A stretch of 64,000 bases of DNA from Pseudorhizobium sp. (GTDB lineage Bacteria > Pseudomonadota > Alphaproteobacteria > Rhizobiales > Rhizobiaceae), in contig JBKBXP010000001.1 of assembly GCA_046314035.1 (NCBI GenBank), positions 580 to 64,579 of the forward strand, read 5' to 3'. This document shows, in pieces, positions 37,059 through 47,166 of this stretch; position 1 is the stretch's first letter; every line of letters starts with the position of its first letter. The notes beneath the pieces are model-generated. The model made no database searches, was not told the DNA's origin, and was given only the letters and a program-made list of their open reading frames with translations. The position numbers and the translations under genes were made by a program.

Positions 37059-37978
37059 GCTGCGCTTCTCCACGATCCGCTCCTTGGAAAGGCGGAAGGG
37101 ATAAGTTCTGTCACATCGATATCTTGCTTTCGCTGGATCTGACGCAGTCCGGCAGTATCGACCCACTGCCATGCGCCGTCTGTCACGTCATCGATCCGCA
37201 TGAGGCGTGTAATGACACTGTCTTCGTCAAGTTTGAACACGCGACCTGGGGAGCCTGCGGAATAGCAGACTTGTTCGGCAGTCATAGTCGTAGCGCCGCC
37301 GCTTCGCTCCCAGAAACTGCCAAGCGCGTAAGCGAACACAGCGTCGTGCAGCGTCGGCTTGGGGCCGCGCACGAACTCGTACCATCCACCCACGCGAGCT
37401 TCGCGGATGAGGGCGAGTTCGGCCAACAGTGGCTCCGCTGCATCCTCGCTGAAAGTCTCACCTTTGCGGACGTAGCTTCGCAGGAAAACTTCGATGTCAC
37501 GCTTCAGTGTGCCGCGCGTAGCCCGCCATCCTCGGGCGCTGACCACGCCGAAGAGCTCGTCGAGCAATGTAGTCGGGTTAAACTCGATCGCGTTTAGCAC
37601 GTTGAAAGCGTAGAAAGTTGTCGTGGCTTTCGTCTGGGAGCTGGCGATGTGCCAGTGGACGAGCCAGATCGTTGCTGCCTGCTCCAAGTATGGATCGAGG
37701 CCGTCATCGGCGAGAATAGCGTGACCTAGGGCTGTGGGCCGGATAACCCGGTCTACTTCTTCAAAAAAGCCCGATGCAGTAGCCCAGTACCGCATCGAAA
37801 CGGCCATATTGCGTCCCACGCCAAACCGAGTGATGGCCTCCTGTTCCTGGAATGTTCCAATGGGGGCCTCGGCTCCCACGGCATCATAGGCTTTTTTCAG
37901 CCATAGGAGGCGCAGGGGGAATGTCTCGTGCCCCGCGAACTGTACCTTCGAATCAAGTTTTAAACCATTCCTCGCCAT
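37055..37978 (-). CDS. sspB: SspB (DUF4007) nickase
   Basis: FAGHETFPLR..WLKK, FGVGRNMA.SMRYW and DPYLE DUF4007 signatures. Confidence 0.88.
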   Translation of the reverse strand: MARNGLKLDSKVQFAGHETFPLRLLWLKKAYDAVGAEAPIGTFQEQEAITRFGVGRNMAVSMRYWATASGFFEEVDRVIRPTALGHAILADDGLDPYLEQAATIWLVHWHIASSQTKATTTFYAFNVLNAIEFNPTTLLDELFGVVSARGWRATRGTLKRDIEVFLRSYVRKGETFSEDAAEPLLAELALIREARVGGWYEFVRGPKPTLHDAVFAYALGSFWERSGGATTMTAEQVCYSAGSPGRVFKLDEDSVITRLMRIDDVTDGAWQWVDTAGLRQIQRKQDIDVTELIPSAFPRSGSWRSAA

Positions 37979-37987
37979 AAGGCGACG

Positions 37988-39178
37988 CTACTGGCGAACC
38001 TCTCCAGTAGCAAGCAGTGAACGGTGTATAGCGTCGGAAATCACGTCGATCGCTTTATCGATTTCTGCAGCAGCAGTGTAGCGGTTGCAAAAGATCCGAA
38101 CAACAGAGCGCGCCTCGGTCGCAGAAAATCCAATCGCTTCAAGAACATGCGATGTTCTAATTTGGCCGGCGGTGCAGGCGGAACCTGTAGACAGCGAAAC
38201 GTGACGTGCGATCATTGAGCATAGCGCGTCCCCGTCGACGCCGGGGAAAGACACCGCAACACCGCCAGGCACCGTGGGAGCGTGTCTGTTGACTGTCGAA
38301 AGGCGAACCTGCCGGTCGCGGAGACCGTTCAGTAGCTTGGAAATCAGTGCAGACCCATGATTTTGGTCTTCAATCAGACGAGACCGTGCGACTGAAGCGG
38401 CGGCTCCAAAGCCCGCAATGAGTGCGACCGGTTCGGTTCCCGGGCGTGCCCCCGCCTGCTGCCCGCCGCCGAACATTAGCGGTACCGGCTTCGTTGCTCC
38501 CGCTGACACATAAAGCGCGCCGATCCCCATCGGCCCATAACATTTGTGCCCAGACAGGCTAAGGTAATCCACGTCGAGATCGAGCACGTCGACTGCAATC
38601 TTACCTACACCTTGGGCTGCATCACAGTGAAACAGCGCTCCGTAGGCGTGCGCAAGTTCGGCCGCCTCTCCGACGGGCTGCACAATCCCAGTTTCATTGT
38701 TCACGAGCATAACTGACGCAAGCAGGACGTCATCCCCCAGCAAATGTCCGAACGCCTCAAGATCAAGAGTTCCGCTTCGATCGACAGGTGCGAACTCCAC
38801 GATAAAACCATGCTTCTTCAGTTGCTCTGCAGGTTCGATCACCGCCTTGTGCTCGATTGCTGAAAGCACGATCCGCCTACGATATGGCTGATGGCCTGCG
38901 ACAGCGTTCACGACGCCCACAATCGCCAGATTGTTTGCCTCGGTCGCACCGGATGTGAAGATGATTTCGCTCGGCGCAGCACCGATCAACTCGGCTACCT
39001 CGGCTCGCCCCTCTGCTATAATGGCGGCAGCCCGCTCACCCGACTGATTTGGGGATCCAGCATTGCCTGGGATATCCCAGACCGCGAGCATTGCGGCCCT
39101 CGCTTCAGGGGCGAGGGGGAGCGAGGCAAACCCATCTAGGTAGATTGATGGGGAATGGTCGGCGTTTCTCATGTTCAT
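37988..39178 (-). CDS. sspA: Cysteine desulfurase SspA (IscS-like)
   Basis: FTSGATEANN, NNETG, HCDAAQ, PLP lysine SGHKCYGP, catalytic STGSAC. Confidence 0.92.
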   Translation of the reverse strand: MNMRNADHSPSIYLDGFASLPLAPEARAAMLAVWDIPGNAGSPNQSGERAAAIIAEGRAEVAELIGAAPSEIIFTSGATEANNLAIVGVVNAVAGHQPYRRRIVLSAIEHKAVIEPAEQLKKHGFIVEFAPVDRSGTLDLEAFGHLLGDDVLLASVMLVNNETGIVQPVGEAAELAHAYGALFHCDAAQGVGKIAVDVLDLDVDYLSLSGHKCYGPMGIGALYVSAGATKPVPLMFGGGQQAGARPGTEPVALIAGFGAAASVARSRLIEDQNHGSALISKLLNGLRDRQVRLSTVNRHAPTVPGGVAVSFPGVDGDALCSMIARHVSLSTGSACTAGQIRTSHVLEAIGFSATEARSVVRIFCNRYTAAAEIDKAIDVISDAIHRSLLATGEVRQ

Positions 39179-39187
39179 GAGTTGTTC
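39173..39187 (-). promoter_or_regulatory. LexA box over the sspA start
   Basis: GTTC-ATGAGTT-GTTC on the plus strand, overlapping the ATG at 39178. Confidence 0.65.
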
Positions 39188-39430
39188 TTAGTTCCGCTTG
39201 CGTAGAGTCGGAACCCCAAAATGAGTGGCGCAAAGTCGACGGGTCGTGCGAAGACTACCCCATGAAGAGACTAGTGGCCAGAGCCAGCGCTTGACTCCGC
39301 GTGTGCTCGATGCCGAACTGCCCGTTCTCGAAAAGGAGAGGGCGCTCAGCTTTTCCGGGAACCCACGGGCGTCTGTCGAATTCTCCTAGCCCTGCGCGAG
39401 TGTTTCCCCTATGTTCTAGGGAGGACCGAG

Positions 39431-39661
39431 ATGAGTGCCATTATGACGAATTTCGACGTTGATACCTCCGAGGCGCACGGATCCCGCAAGTGGGAAGGCC
39501 TCTCTGAGCTTGATCAGGCAATTCGCGACAATCGCCTAATGGAGTACAGGCTCAAGAAGTCGTGGGCCGATCCTTGGGGGCGCAAGCTGACGATAATCGG
39601 CCTTATCGTCATTGGCGCAGTTTTCGCGTTTCTGGCTGGAGCATCCTTCGGCCTGTGGTGA
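39431..39661 (+). CDS. Small membrane protein convergent with traG (entry-exclusion candidate)
   Basis: 76 aa with C-terminal TM helix and GGAGG SD; preceded by GTTT-N7-GTTC (39402-39416). Confidence 0.6.
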   Translation: MSAIMTNFDVDTSEAHGSRKWEGLSELDQAIRDNRLMEYRLKKSWADPWGRKLTIIGLIVIGAVFAFLAGASFGLW

Positions 39662-39671
39662 CCGTTGCAGG

Positions 39672-42374
39672 TCACCACTCCTTTACATCATCCGCTGCTT
39701 CTGCACTGGCACCTTGGGCTCCCTTGGTGATTGCGTCCAGACGTCCCCTAGAGTCGGTAATCTTCTGGCGACCGGCCGCCTGAGCCCTTTGCACATCTTC
39801 ACGGACATCGCCGACCCCCACCCGTGGTACTGAACCGGAATCCCCGCCGCCGGTCTGTGCCTGGCGGCGCACCGATCCTGCGCCAGAGACTGCCGGACGG
39901 GATACAGGCTGTCCGGGGACGAGTACGAGGCGCTCGTCGATCCCGTTGCGAAGCTGCTCGGCATAGCTTTCGATGAATTTTGCCTGCAATGCTTGGCCTT
40001 TAGGGCTGAGCTGGAAAGTGACATCGTCGAACCGCGCATTGCCATAGAAATCGCGGTTGCTTTCGATCTCGGCGACACCCCATTCTCGGTAGGCCTGCGA
40101 CAGATTGAGGCTGCCTGTAGCGCTGTTTCCTTCGAAGAAAGACGCCTGGCTTTCGAGACGATTAGCAAGCTCCTCTGCCCGACGAGCTTCGATTGTGAAG
40201 CTCTGTGCTTCTGTCAGAGATGCGTTCATGCCGCTCGCGGTGTTCGAGATCGACGAGCTTGATGAGGTACTGACTGAGCGCACGAACCCATCGCGGGTGC
40301 TCGACCAATTGCGGCTGTCAGACATCTGGGACAGGCTCCCGAAGATCCGCGAACGGTCTTCCGAAGCGATCCCGATATCGCTGTCGGTCCACGTGCGTGT
40401 CCCACCGCCCTTTGCTCCGATGCTTCCAGACAGCACGCCATTTGAAATTCCGGCCTTTGCCCCGGCCTCACCGCCGAGAAACCAAGCAGTAGAGATGTCA
40501 TCGGCGGCCCTGCGCGATAGCCCGAATTGCCGCTGCAGATTGGTCGATGCCTGATCGACTTCGCTGAATGCGGTCTGGATGCTGTCGGAGTTCGAGGTGC
40601 CGGTTGCGCTCTCGAAGGATGCGCCTCGGCTGAACTGGTCTCTCAGCTCGCGGAACTTCGTGACCGCGCTGGTCGTCGATTCCGTTGCGACATTCGCATA
40701 GGTCTCGCTGTTGGCGCGGGCCTGCGATGCCATCGTCGAAAGGCGCGCCGTGAATTCCTGGCCCAGCGTCGGCGTGAAAGGATAGCTGGATGTCGGGATC
40801 TGATCGTAGCTGCCGTCAGGAAAGCTCGTGGTCATTGCCCCGGTGTCGCTGAAGGTCCGTGTCTGCGGCGCGCCGTACGTGAAGCTCGGCGCGATCGTCC
40901 CTTGTGCGAACTGGCGGGTGAGGACGCTCGAGTTTTCGAAGCTGGTGTTGCCGAGTGAGACATTGCCGGTGCTCGCCTCTCGGGCCGCTTCCTCGGCCGC
41001 GTTCTGGCTCGGGTTGAGGTAGCTCGTGGCATGGTGGGAAATCGCCATGGCGCCCTTGGCCACACCCCCTGCCAAGAACGGCACCGATGCGATGAGATAG
41101 CCTGCCAGCAGACCGATATCGCTGTTGACGTCGGCCATTCCGGTAAAGCTCGCCAGGCTGAGGCCGTTGCTGCCCGTGACCGCGCTTATGTCGGCCGCGC
41201 CCTTGTACATCAGCATCATGTGGAGGATCACGAACAGCGGTCCCCAGGCCGCGAGATAGAAGAAGCCTGTCACATAGCCCTTGAGTGCGACAGGTCCCGT
41301 CTTGGGGAGAAGGAAGAGCGGGAAAAGCACCGGGAAAAGGGCGTAGAACAGCACGGTCAGCACGACGTTCAGGAGCGGGACCCACTTCATCGCGTTGCTC
41401 GCAATCGAGCCATAGGTCCGTTCGGTCTGAATGTCGGCGCGGGTCTGGGCGTAGACGTCGACATTGCCCGCGCCGCTGGTGCCGGACATCGAATGCATGG
41501 CCTGGCTCATCGCGTTGATGGTCAGCGTCTGCTTGAAGATTTCGGTCGCGTTGGCCGAGACGCCGGTGAGGTACTGATAGGCCACCGGCAGGTCGGCAAA
41601 GAGCTTCGCCTTGGCGAGCGCGGCCGTCTGGTTGGGGTAAAGCTGGCGGCCAAACACCGATCCCATCGCATCGACGAGGCCGGCCCACTGCGCATTGAGC
41701 GTGTCGTAGGCCTCGCGGCAGGTCACGATGTTCGAGCTCACCTGGCCCGAAGTGGCATCCAGGGTCAGGAACCGCTGCGCGCGCGCCTGGCTGCCCGGCG
41801 CGATTGTCGCCCAGATGTCGCCGGTTTCCGCGAGCTCCTTCATCGAGTAGCGGCCGAGCAGCACGTCGTAGAACACGCATTGCCGGAAATGCTCGTCGAG
41901 ATTGGCAGCAAACTCCGGATCGGAAATCCGCAAGGACCGGGTCGCATCGTAGAGCCGCGCGCCGTAGATCATCCCGTTTTTCGAATAGTTGAGATCCCCA
42001 GGCAGGCCGAACACCACTTCTGCCGAGCCCGTCAGATAGTCGCCGACCTGGCTGGTAAAGCTCGCCATCAAAGCCAAGCCCAGCGGCACGTTGCTGACAT
42101 TGGCCGGGGCAAGGCTCGGATTGAGCCGGTCGGTCACATGGACATCGAGCCGCGGCACCATGAGGCAGGAGTAGATGAGCGTTGCGCCGAGGAACCAGTT
42201 GATCCAGGCGCGCCAGTCCTGATTGAACGCAAGGGTCAGGGCGGACAAGCCCAGCCCCATTACCATCACCACCTGGAGCAGGCTCTTGTAGCCCCCGTTG
42301 CCGGTCCAGGCGGCGACTGCCTGGAAGACGTTGACCAGATAGTCCCCGCCGCCGACCGTGAAAATCTCGACCAT
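39672..42374 (-). CDS. traG: F-type mating-pair stabilisation protein TraG
   Basis: MVEIFTVGGGDYLVNVFQAVAA N-terminus, VPLGLA, multiple TM helices, Ser/Ala-rich C-terminal half. Confidence 0.92.
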   Translation of the reverse strand: MVEIFTVGGGDYLVNVFQAVAAWTGNGGYKSLLQVVMVMGLGLSALTLAFNQDWRAWINWFLGATLIYSCLMVPRLDVHVTDRLNPSLAPANVSNVPLGLALMASFTSQVGDYLTGSAEVVFGLPGDLNYSKNGMIYGARLYDATRSLRISDPEFAANLDEHFRQCVFYDVLLGRYSMKELAETGDIWATIAPGSQARAQRFLTLDATSGQVSSNIVTCREAYDTLNAQWAGLVDAMGSVFGRQLYPNQTAALAKAKLFADLPVAYQYLTGVSANATEIFKQTLTINAMSQAMHSMSGTSGAGNVDVYAQTRADIQTERTYGSIASNAMKWVPLLNVVLTVLFYALFPVLFPLFLLPKTGPVALKGYVTGFFYLAAWGPLFVILHMMLMYKGAADISAVTGSNGLSLASFTGMADVNSDIGLLAGYLIASVPFLAGGVAKGAMAISHHATSYLNPSQNAAEEAAREASTGNVSLGNTSFENSSVLTRQFAQGTIAPSFTYGAPQTRTFSDTGAMTTSFPDGSYDQIPTSSYPFTPTLGQEFTARLSTMASQARANSETYANVATESTTSAVTKFRELRDQFSRGASFESATGTSNSDSIQTAFSEVDQASTNLQRQFGLSRRAADDISTAWFLGGEAGAKAGISNGVLSGSIGAKGGGTRTWTDSDIGIASEDRSRIFGSLSQMSDSRNWSSTRDGFVRSVSTSSSSSISNTASGMNASLTEAQSFTIEARRAEELANRLESQASFFEGNSATGSLNLSQAYREWGVAEIESNRDFYGNARFDDVTFQLSPKGQALQAKFIESYAEQLRNGIDERLVLVPGQPVSRPAVSGAGSVRRQAQTGGGDSGSVPRVGVGDVREDVQRAQAAGRQKITDSRGRLDAITKGAQGASAEAADDVKEW

Positions 42375-42407
42375 GTCTGTTGTCCCGCCTGGATGTGGTT
42401 GGCCCGG

Positions 42408-43856
42408 TCAGTGGGTGAGGGCGCGGCTCTGGACGCCGCGCGACCAGTCCAGCGATGCGACCATTCCGGGCGACATCGAGGCAGCCAGCACGTTCTCGAT
42501 GAACGCCGTCTTCTCAATGATCTGCAGCACTGCATTGACCTTGAGATGCGTGTTGGCTTGCCGGTCAGCGAGAGCCTGACGCACGACATTGACCTGATTC
42601 TGCCACATCGCGATCTTGGCTTCGTCGGCTCCGATGAAGCTCGACATCGAGCGGCCCGCCTCGCTCACGATCCGGTCGAGCACGGCAAACAGCAGGTCGA
42701 CACTGGCGATCTCGGCCAGGGTCTCCCGGTCGTCGGTCGGCATGCCCCGGCCATAGGCCGCCTGGACGGTTAGGATCTTGTAGAGCGGGATGGACGCGAC
42801 TTGCAGCAGTTCCTTCTGCTCTTCGCTGATCGCGGTGTCGTCGCGGATGGCCTGAACCATACCGCCGATGAGCGCCGCCACGCGCGGCCGCAGCGCTTTC
42901 GATGCCGGCAGGCTCAGCGACTTGAAGCCCGGGTTGAGGCACTTCTCCTGCTCGGCGCAGTCAAAGATGAGGACGTTGCCATTCGAGGTGCCATCCAGCA
43001 GCGAAGTCACGAGGGTGGACGATGCCTCACCGACTATCGGCACGAACTTGCCCGGCTCGTCGTCTTTGGGGGGCACGTAGATGATCGTGCCCAGCAGCGT
43101 CATCGCATATTCGGCGAGCTCTTCGTCGAACCGGCCGCCAGGCGAGAAGAACGCCGACTTCTTGAGGATCGTCCAGGTGTAGTTTCGCGCAACGCCGGGA
43201 TTGACGTCATCGTATTTGCCCGAGCCTTGCGCGGTCGTGCTCGATCGCTGCCCCCGGGTGCCGCACCCATGCTTGGCCGCGGCATAGTCGGTGAAAATCC
43301 CTTCGGAGTTGCCGATCGCTTCGCAGATCGCCTTGTCGGCAAGGTCGCCCTTCGGCCAGATCCCGCCCACCAGACCCTGCGCCATCTCGCAGGAGTTGAT
43401 GTTGAGGTTGTTCATGAGCTGAGCCTTCTGGCTGAACTCCTGCATGATCTTTGAGCATTCCGGGCAGACAGTGTCGATCGCCAGGCTGAAGGCAAAGCCG
43501 ACAGCGTTGTTCGCGACTGCCTTCAGCATCGCGACGATCTCGCTCGCGTTGATGAAGCTGAAGGACCCGGCGAAGATGTCGATGCCGCCGCAACCGGCGC
43601 GGGCGCGCGGCAGCTGCAGATTGGCGATGTTGGTGGTCTTCTGCGGGAAGCGTGTCCAGACATTGCCGAGGCTATAATAGCCGGCAGACTGTCCCTGGAA
43701 CGCGGTAGGTCCGTTGACGTTGGCAGCGCCCCCGACGTCGTTCAGAAACGAGTCCATCGAACTGCCGACGTCGGCCGATGCGCCAGACAGAGGGAGGGCG
43801 AAGGGGAGGGCGGCTGCAAGAAGCGCAGCGACGGCTCTTTTCATCCTAGTAGTCAC
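42408..43856 (-). CDS. traH: Pilus assembly protein TraH
   Basis: AGCGGIDIFAGSFSFIN and NSCEMAQG motifs. Confidence 0.95.
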   Translation of the reverse strand: MTTRMKRAVAALLAAALPFALPLSGASADVGSSMDSFLNDVGGAANVNGPTAFQGQSAGYYSLGNVWTRFPQKTTNIANLQLPRARAGCGGIDIFAGSFSFINASEIVAMLKAVANNAVGFAFSLAIDTVCPECSKIMQEFSQKAQLMNNLNINSCEMAQGLVGGIWPKGDLADKAICEAIGNSEGIFTDYAAAKHGCGTRGQRSSTTAQGSGKYDDVNPGVARNYTWTILKKSAFFSPGGRFDEELAEYAMTLLGTIIYVPPKDDEPGKFVPIVGEASSTLVTSLLDGTSNGNVLIFDCAEQEKCLNPGFKSLSLPASKALRPRVAALIGGMVQAIRDDTAISEEQKELLQVASIPLYKILTVQAAYGRGMPTDDRETLAEIASVDLLFAVLDRIVSEAGRSMSSFIGADEAKIAMWQNQVNVVRQALADRQANTHLKVNAVLQIIEKTAFIENVLAASMSPGMVASLDWSRGVQSRALTH

Positions 43857-44697
43857 GTCCAGCTTCCTTCGATGTGAGGAGGTAAATCCGGTCCTGAAGC
43901 TCGTCGGCGCTCATGACGCCGTAGCCGATCGGAATGGGGCGGCCGGTCCGCGCGTCCCAGAGCACGACCGCTGGCGTGATCTTGGGCTCGAGCCCCATGC
44001 GGCTGCGCTGGTTGGTCTCGACCGTGTAGTTCGGGAAATGCCGCGACGGGCCGCCATCGGTCGAAATCGCGCGCACCGCGATATGCCAGGTCGAGGCAAC
44101 GCTCTGCACGATCGGCGACATGACTTCGCAAGCGCCGCAGCTCTGGGCGAAGAAGTAGAAGAGCCCGTAACGCTCGGAAAGCTGGGCCATCGCGGCGTTC
44201 CGTTCCGCGCTTCGCGAATCCTGCCACTGGCGCTTGCCAAGCGTCGAGACCGGGCGCTGCAGCGTGTAGTCGAGCTCGGGATCCTGCCAGATCGCCCGCT
44301 GCCAGACGTCGCTGAAGAGCGATGCCCGGTCGAGCTGGGCGCGCTGGAACCGAATATAGGCCGTCACATTTGCTGGCGTCGGCTCGAGGATCGCCTTGGC
44401 CTTCAGTTCGCGCAACGTCGCCGTGATCGCGTCAAGTTGGCTGGTCGCGCTGGACGTAGGTGCTGGCGAGGGCGAATTCTGCTCCGGCGTCTTGGGCCGC
44501 TCGCAGTAAAACCAGTATCCGAGCCGCCGTTCCTCGCAATAGAAGCTATCTTGGCGCTCGGCCGATTGTGCGCTGGGCGGCGCATCGGTCCGGCTTGCGA
44601 CCGACTGGGCGGTCGCCGGAGACAACTGGCAAACGGAATTGGCAATCGCGCAGGCGGCAAGCAGCCACCACGCGGCCTTACTGGCGGGCGCGGGCAT
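43846..44697 (-). CDS. traF: Pilus assembly thioredoxin-like TraF
   Basis: GYWFY, AILEPT..NV..Y, FFAQSCGAC, ISTDG. Confidence 0.9.
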   Translation of the reverse strand: MPAPASKAAWWLLAACAIANSVCQLSPATAQSVASRTDAPPSAQSAERQDSFYCEERRLGYWFYCERPKTPEQNSPSPAPTSSATSQLDAITATLRELKAKAILEPTPANVTAYIRFQRAQLDRASLFSDVWQRAIWQDPELDYTLQRPVSTLGKRQWQDSRSAERNAAMAQLSERYGLFYFFAQSCGACEVMSPIVQSVASTWHIAVRAISTDGGPSRHFPNYTVETNQRSRMGLEPKITPAVVLWDARTGRPIPIGYGVMSADELQDRIYLLTSKEAGRDY

Positions 44698-46405
44698 AGT
44701 AGTCCTCGATCTTCTGTTGGATGTCCTGGGTGGCCTGAAGCTCGTCAGGCAGCCGAGCAGCGTCGGTGAACTCGGCGTAGACCTCGCTGAAGTCCATTTT
44801 CGAGAGGTCGAGCCGGGCAAACTCGTCGATGGTGAAGCCCTGGCATTGCTCGGTCTTCGGCTTGCCCCAGGGCTTGTTTAGCTGCTGGCGGCCTTGCTCC
44901 TGCAGGATTCGCGAGAGCTTGGATTCAAAGCAGCAGTAGACCTTGCGCTTGGTCAGGCACACGCCAAGGAACGAGGACGAGCAATAGGTGCCGACGTAGG
45001 CGCACAGACCCTGCGCATCCTTCTGATGCAGCAGCATCTCCTCGCGGCTGCAGCCCAGCGCCACGAGTAGCTGGATGCCCGGGATAAGCGGGAAGCCCTT
45101 GCCCTTGCAGCAGTTGAGCACGCCGAAGACCTTGGACGAGCAGCTTTCCCGGGTCCCCTTGAACAGAGTGAGATTGTTCGGATCGAATTCGCGGCGCGCC
45201 TGGTTCATCGCGTTCAAGGCGACGGCCGCGTCCTTGAACTCGTCGTTAGCCTCGCGCTGGATGGTCTCGCACGAGCCATCGATGCAGTAGACATCACCGT
45301 CGCAGATGAACTGGCCGGTCGTTGCAGGCTGGTCTGGAACCGGGCAATCATAGACCCGCTCCCAGGTGCGGCAGGGCTCCCCCGCGAGGCAGTCTTCGCG
45401 CACCAGCTTGCAGCCCGGAGTGGCTTCAAGTGTCTGGCAGTCCTGTGCCTCGGTGAACTGCGCACAGCTGTAACTGCGGCTCCACGCCCAGCACGGCTGC
45501 GTCACGGCGATGCCATCGACGATGCGGGTCACCGGATCGCTGTCCGTGCACGTCTCGGTGTCCTGCTGGCACGAGGTATCAGCCGCAAGACCAGCACACT
45601 GGCTTTCATCGCGCGTGGTCGTGACGACGTTCTCGCCTGTCACCGTGTAGGGCGTGGCACCATCTACCGGCGCCGTGCAACTCACGAGATCGACCCTCAG
45701 ATCGCCCGAGTTACAGCCCCAGTAGATCCCGAAATAAGGATCGCACAGGTTGACCGGATAGGACTGCGTGACCGTGCATTGCGGCGCGGGGTAGCGGTTG
45801 CAGTTGTAGACCGAAGCCGGATCGACCCCGCTGCCACCAACACAGTAGTAGCCGTAGACCTGCCGATGTTCGACACGCGCGGTCAACGTCACGGGGCAGG
45901 TCCGCGTTTCCTGTGTCGCCGTATAGCCGACATTGCAGGTCGCCATGTAGCGCGCCGCGGTTCCGCTGGCCGGAGGCAAGGGCACGCACCGCCCTTGTGA
46001 ACCGCCGATGGCCATTCCGCTCGTATAGGCGAGCGGGTCATCGCTGATCACATTGCTGCGCGCGATCGTTGCGTCGAGATCCTGTGGCGCAAACCGGGCG
46101 CGCCGGTCCATCGAATCCCGCATGGCCTTGTAGCCTGTGTTGGTCGTCGCCTGGCTCGCCGCTTCGCGGCTCATCCGGTCAGGATCGTCGAAGTAACCCG
46201 ACTGGCTCGGCGTGCCGCCGAAATTGGGAATGCGGCTCGCATCGGGGTTCGTCGTTGCCGCGCTTTGCGCCGAGGCTGCCTTGTCCCGCCCGAAAGCCTT
46301 GCCGTCGGCGTTGGCAGCATCGGTTGTGGTTTGGGCGTGGAGCGGGCCGACGGGGGCGAGCAGAAGCACGCCCACGCCAGCGAGAGAGAGGACCGATCGT
46401 TTCAT
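44678..46405 (-). CDS. traN: Mating-pair stabilisation protein TraN
   Basis: Cys-rich; YCCFESKLSRILQEQGR.QL and CQGFT...LDLSKMDFSE. Confidence 0.93.
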   Translation of the reverse strand: MKRSVLSLAGVGVLLLAPVGPLHAQTTTDAANADGKAFGRDKAASAQSAATTNPDASRIPNFGGTPSQSGYFDDPDRMSREAASQATTNTGYKAMRDSMDRRARFAPQDLDATIARSNVISDDPLAYTSGMAIGGSQGRCVPLPPASGTAARYMATCNVGYTATQETRTCPVTLTARVEHRQVYGYYCVGGSGVDPASVYNCNRYPAPQCTVTQSYPVNLCDPYFGIYWGCNSGDLRVDLVSCTAPVDGATPYTVTGENVVTTTRDESQCAGLAADTSCQQDTETCTDSDPVTRIVDGIAVTQPCWAWSRSYSCAQFTEAQDCQTLEATPGCKLVREDCLAGEPCRTWERVYDCPVPDQPATTGQFICDGDVYCIDGSCETIQREANDEFKDAAVALNAMNQARREFDPNNLTLFKGTRESCSSKVFGVLNCCKGKGFPLIPGIQLLVALGCSREEMLLHQKDAQGLCAYVGTYCSSSFLGVCLTKRKVYCCFESKLSRILQEQGRQQLNKPWGKPKTEQCQGFTIDEFARLDLSKMDFSEVYAEFTDAARLPDELQATQDIQQKIEDYYARARQ

Positions 46406-47166
46406 GGAACCTGCCTTTCAAGACGGGCGAGGTGCTGGGCGGCGAGCAAAGCGCCGGGGCCGCCGCCGCGCGCGAAGGTCTCGAGCGCGTAAGCTGCGCT
46501 GACATTGCCGCTCATCCGGTCGTGCGGCGGAACTTGCGTCCGGCAGTCGAACCCGTCGCATAGATCGAAGTCGCTGCTGGTGACGACGTAAGTGGGAACC
46601 GCCTCGATCCCGAAGGCGCGGAACAGCCGCGGGTCGATGCCGACGCCGTCCAGCTGCTCGCCGGGCTTGGCAACTTTGGCCAATGCCGCCGTGAGAGCCT
46701 TGGCGCTGTTGCCGGGCAGCCCGCGCAAGGCAACAACACCGCCAGCCTTGGTCACGTCGTCGATCATCGCACGCAGCGCTGCAGGCGGCATCGATAGCGA
46801 AGCAAAGGCGATGAACCTCGGCGCCTCGCCCATGCCTTCGCTGGTCATGGCGCCGGCATCGGCCACCATTCGGTCAAAATCGAATGTGCTGGCCTCACCA
46901 GGCTTCGTGTTTGCGGCGGCCTCACGCATGTAGCGGCGAGCGTGCGCCTCGGCCTCGTCGGAGCTGGTCCTCGCCTCCCGCGCGAGGGCTTCGGCTCTGG
47001 CGCGGGCATTGGCGGACAGCGCGTCGGCATCGGGGGCACCAGCACTGGCCCGCGCCCGGATAGCGGCCAGATCGAGGTCCGGTTCGGCCGTCTGCGCCGA
47101 GGCGCCAGCCAAAGCAGCAAGGCTGGAAAGCGATGCGACGACAAGAAGATGAGGAAGTTTGTTCAT
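46402..47166 (-). CDS. trbC: F-type pilus assembly protein TrbC
   Basis: FASLSMP, LRGL, IDPRLFRAFGIEAVP, GNVS..YALE; ATG 47166. Confidence 0.9.
   Translation of the reverse strand: MNKLPHLLVVASLSSLAALAGASAQTAEPDLDLAAIRARASAGAPDADALSANARARAEALAREARTSSDEAEAHARRYMREAAANTKPGEASTFDFDRMVADAGAMTSEGMGEAPRFIAFASLSMPPAALRAMIDDVTKAGGVVALRGLPGNSAKALTAALAKVAKPGEQLDGVGIDPRLFRAFGIEAVPTYVVTSSDFDLCDGFDCRTQVPPHDRMSGNVSAAYALETFARGGGPGALLAAQHLARLERQVP

Noticed and set aside
32917-39178. BREX type 4 or classical Dnd call for the PAPS-reductase/DUF4007/ATPase/desulfurase cluster
   Set aside because: No PglZ, BrxL, DndB, DndD or DndE is visible; gene content and order match SspABCD.
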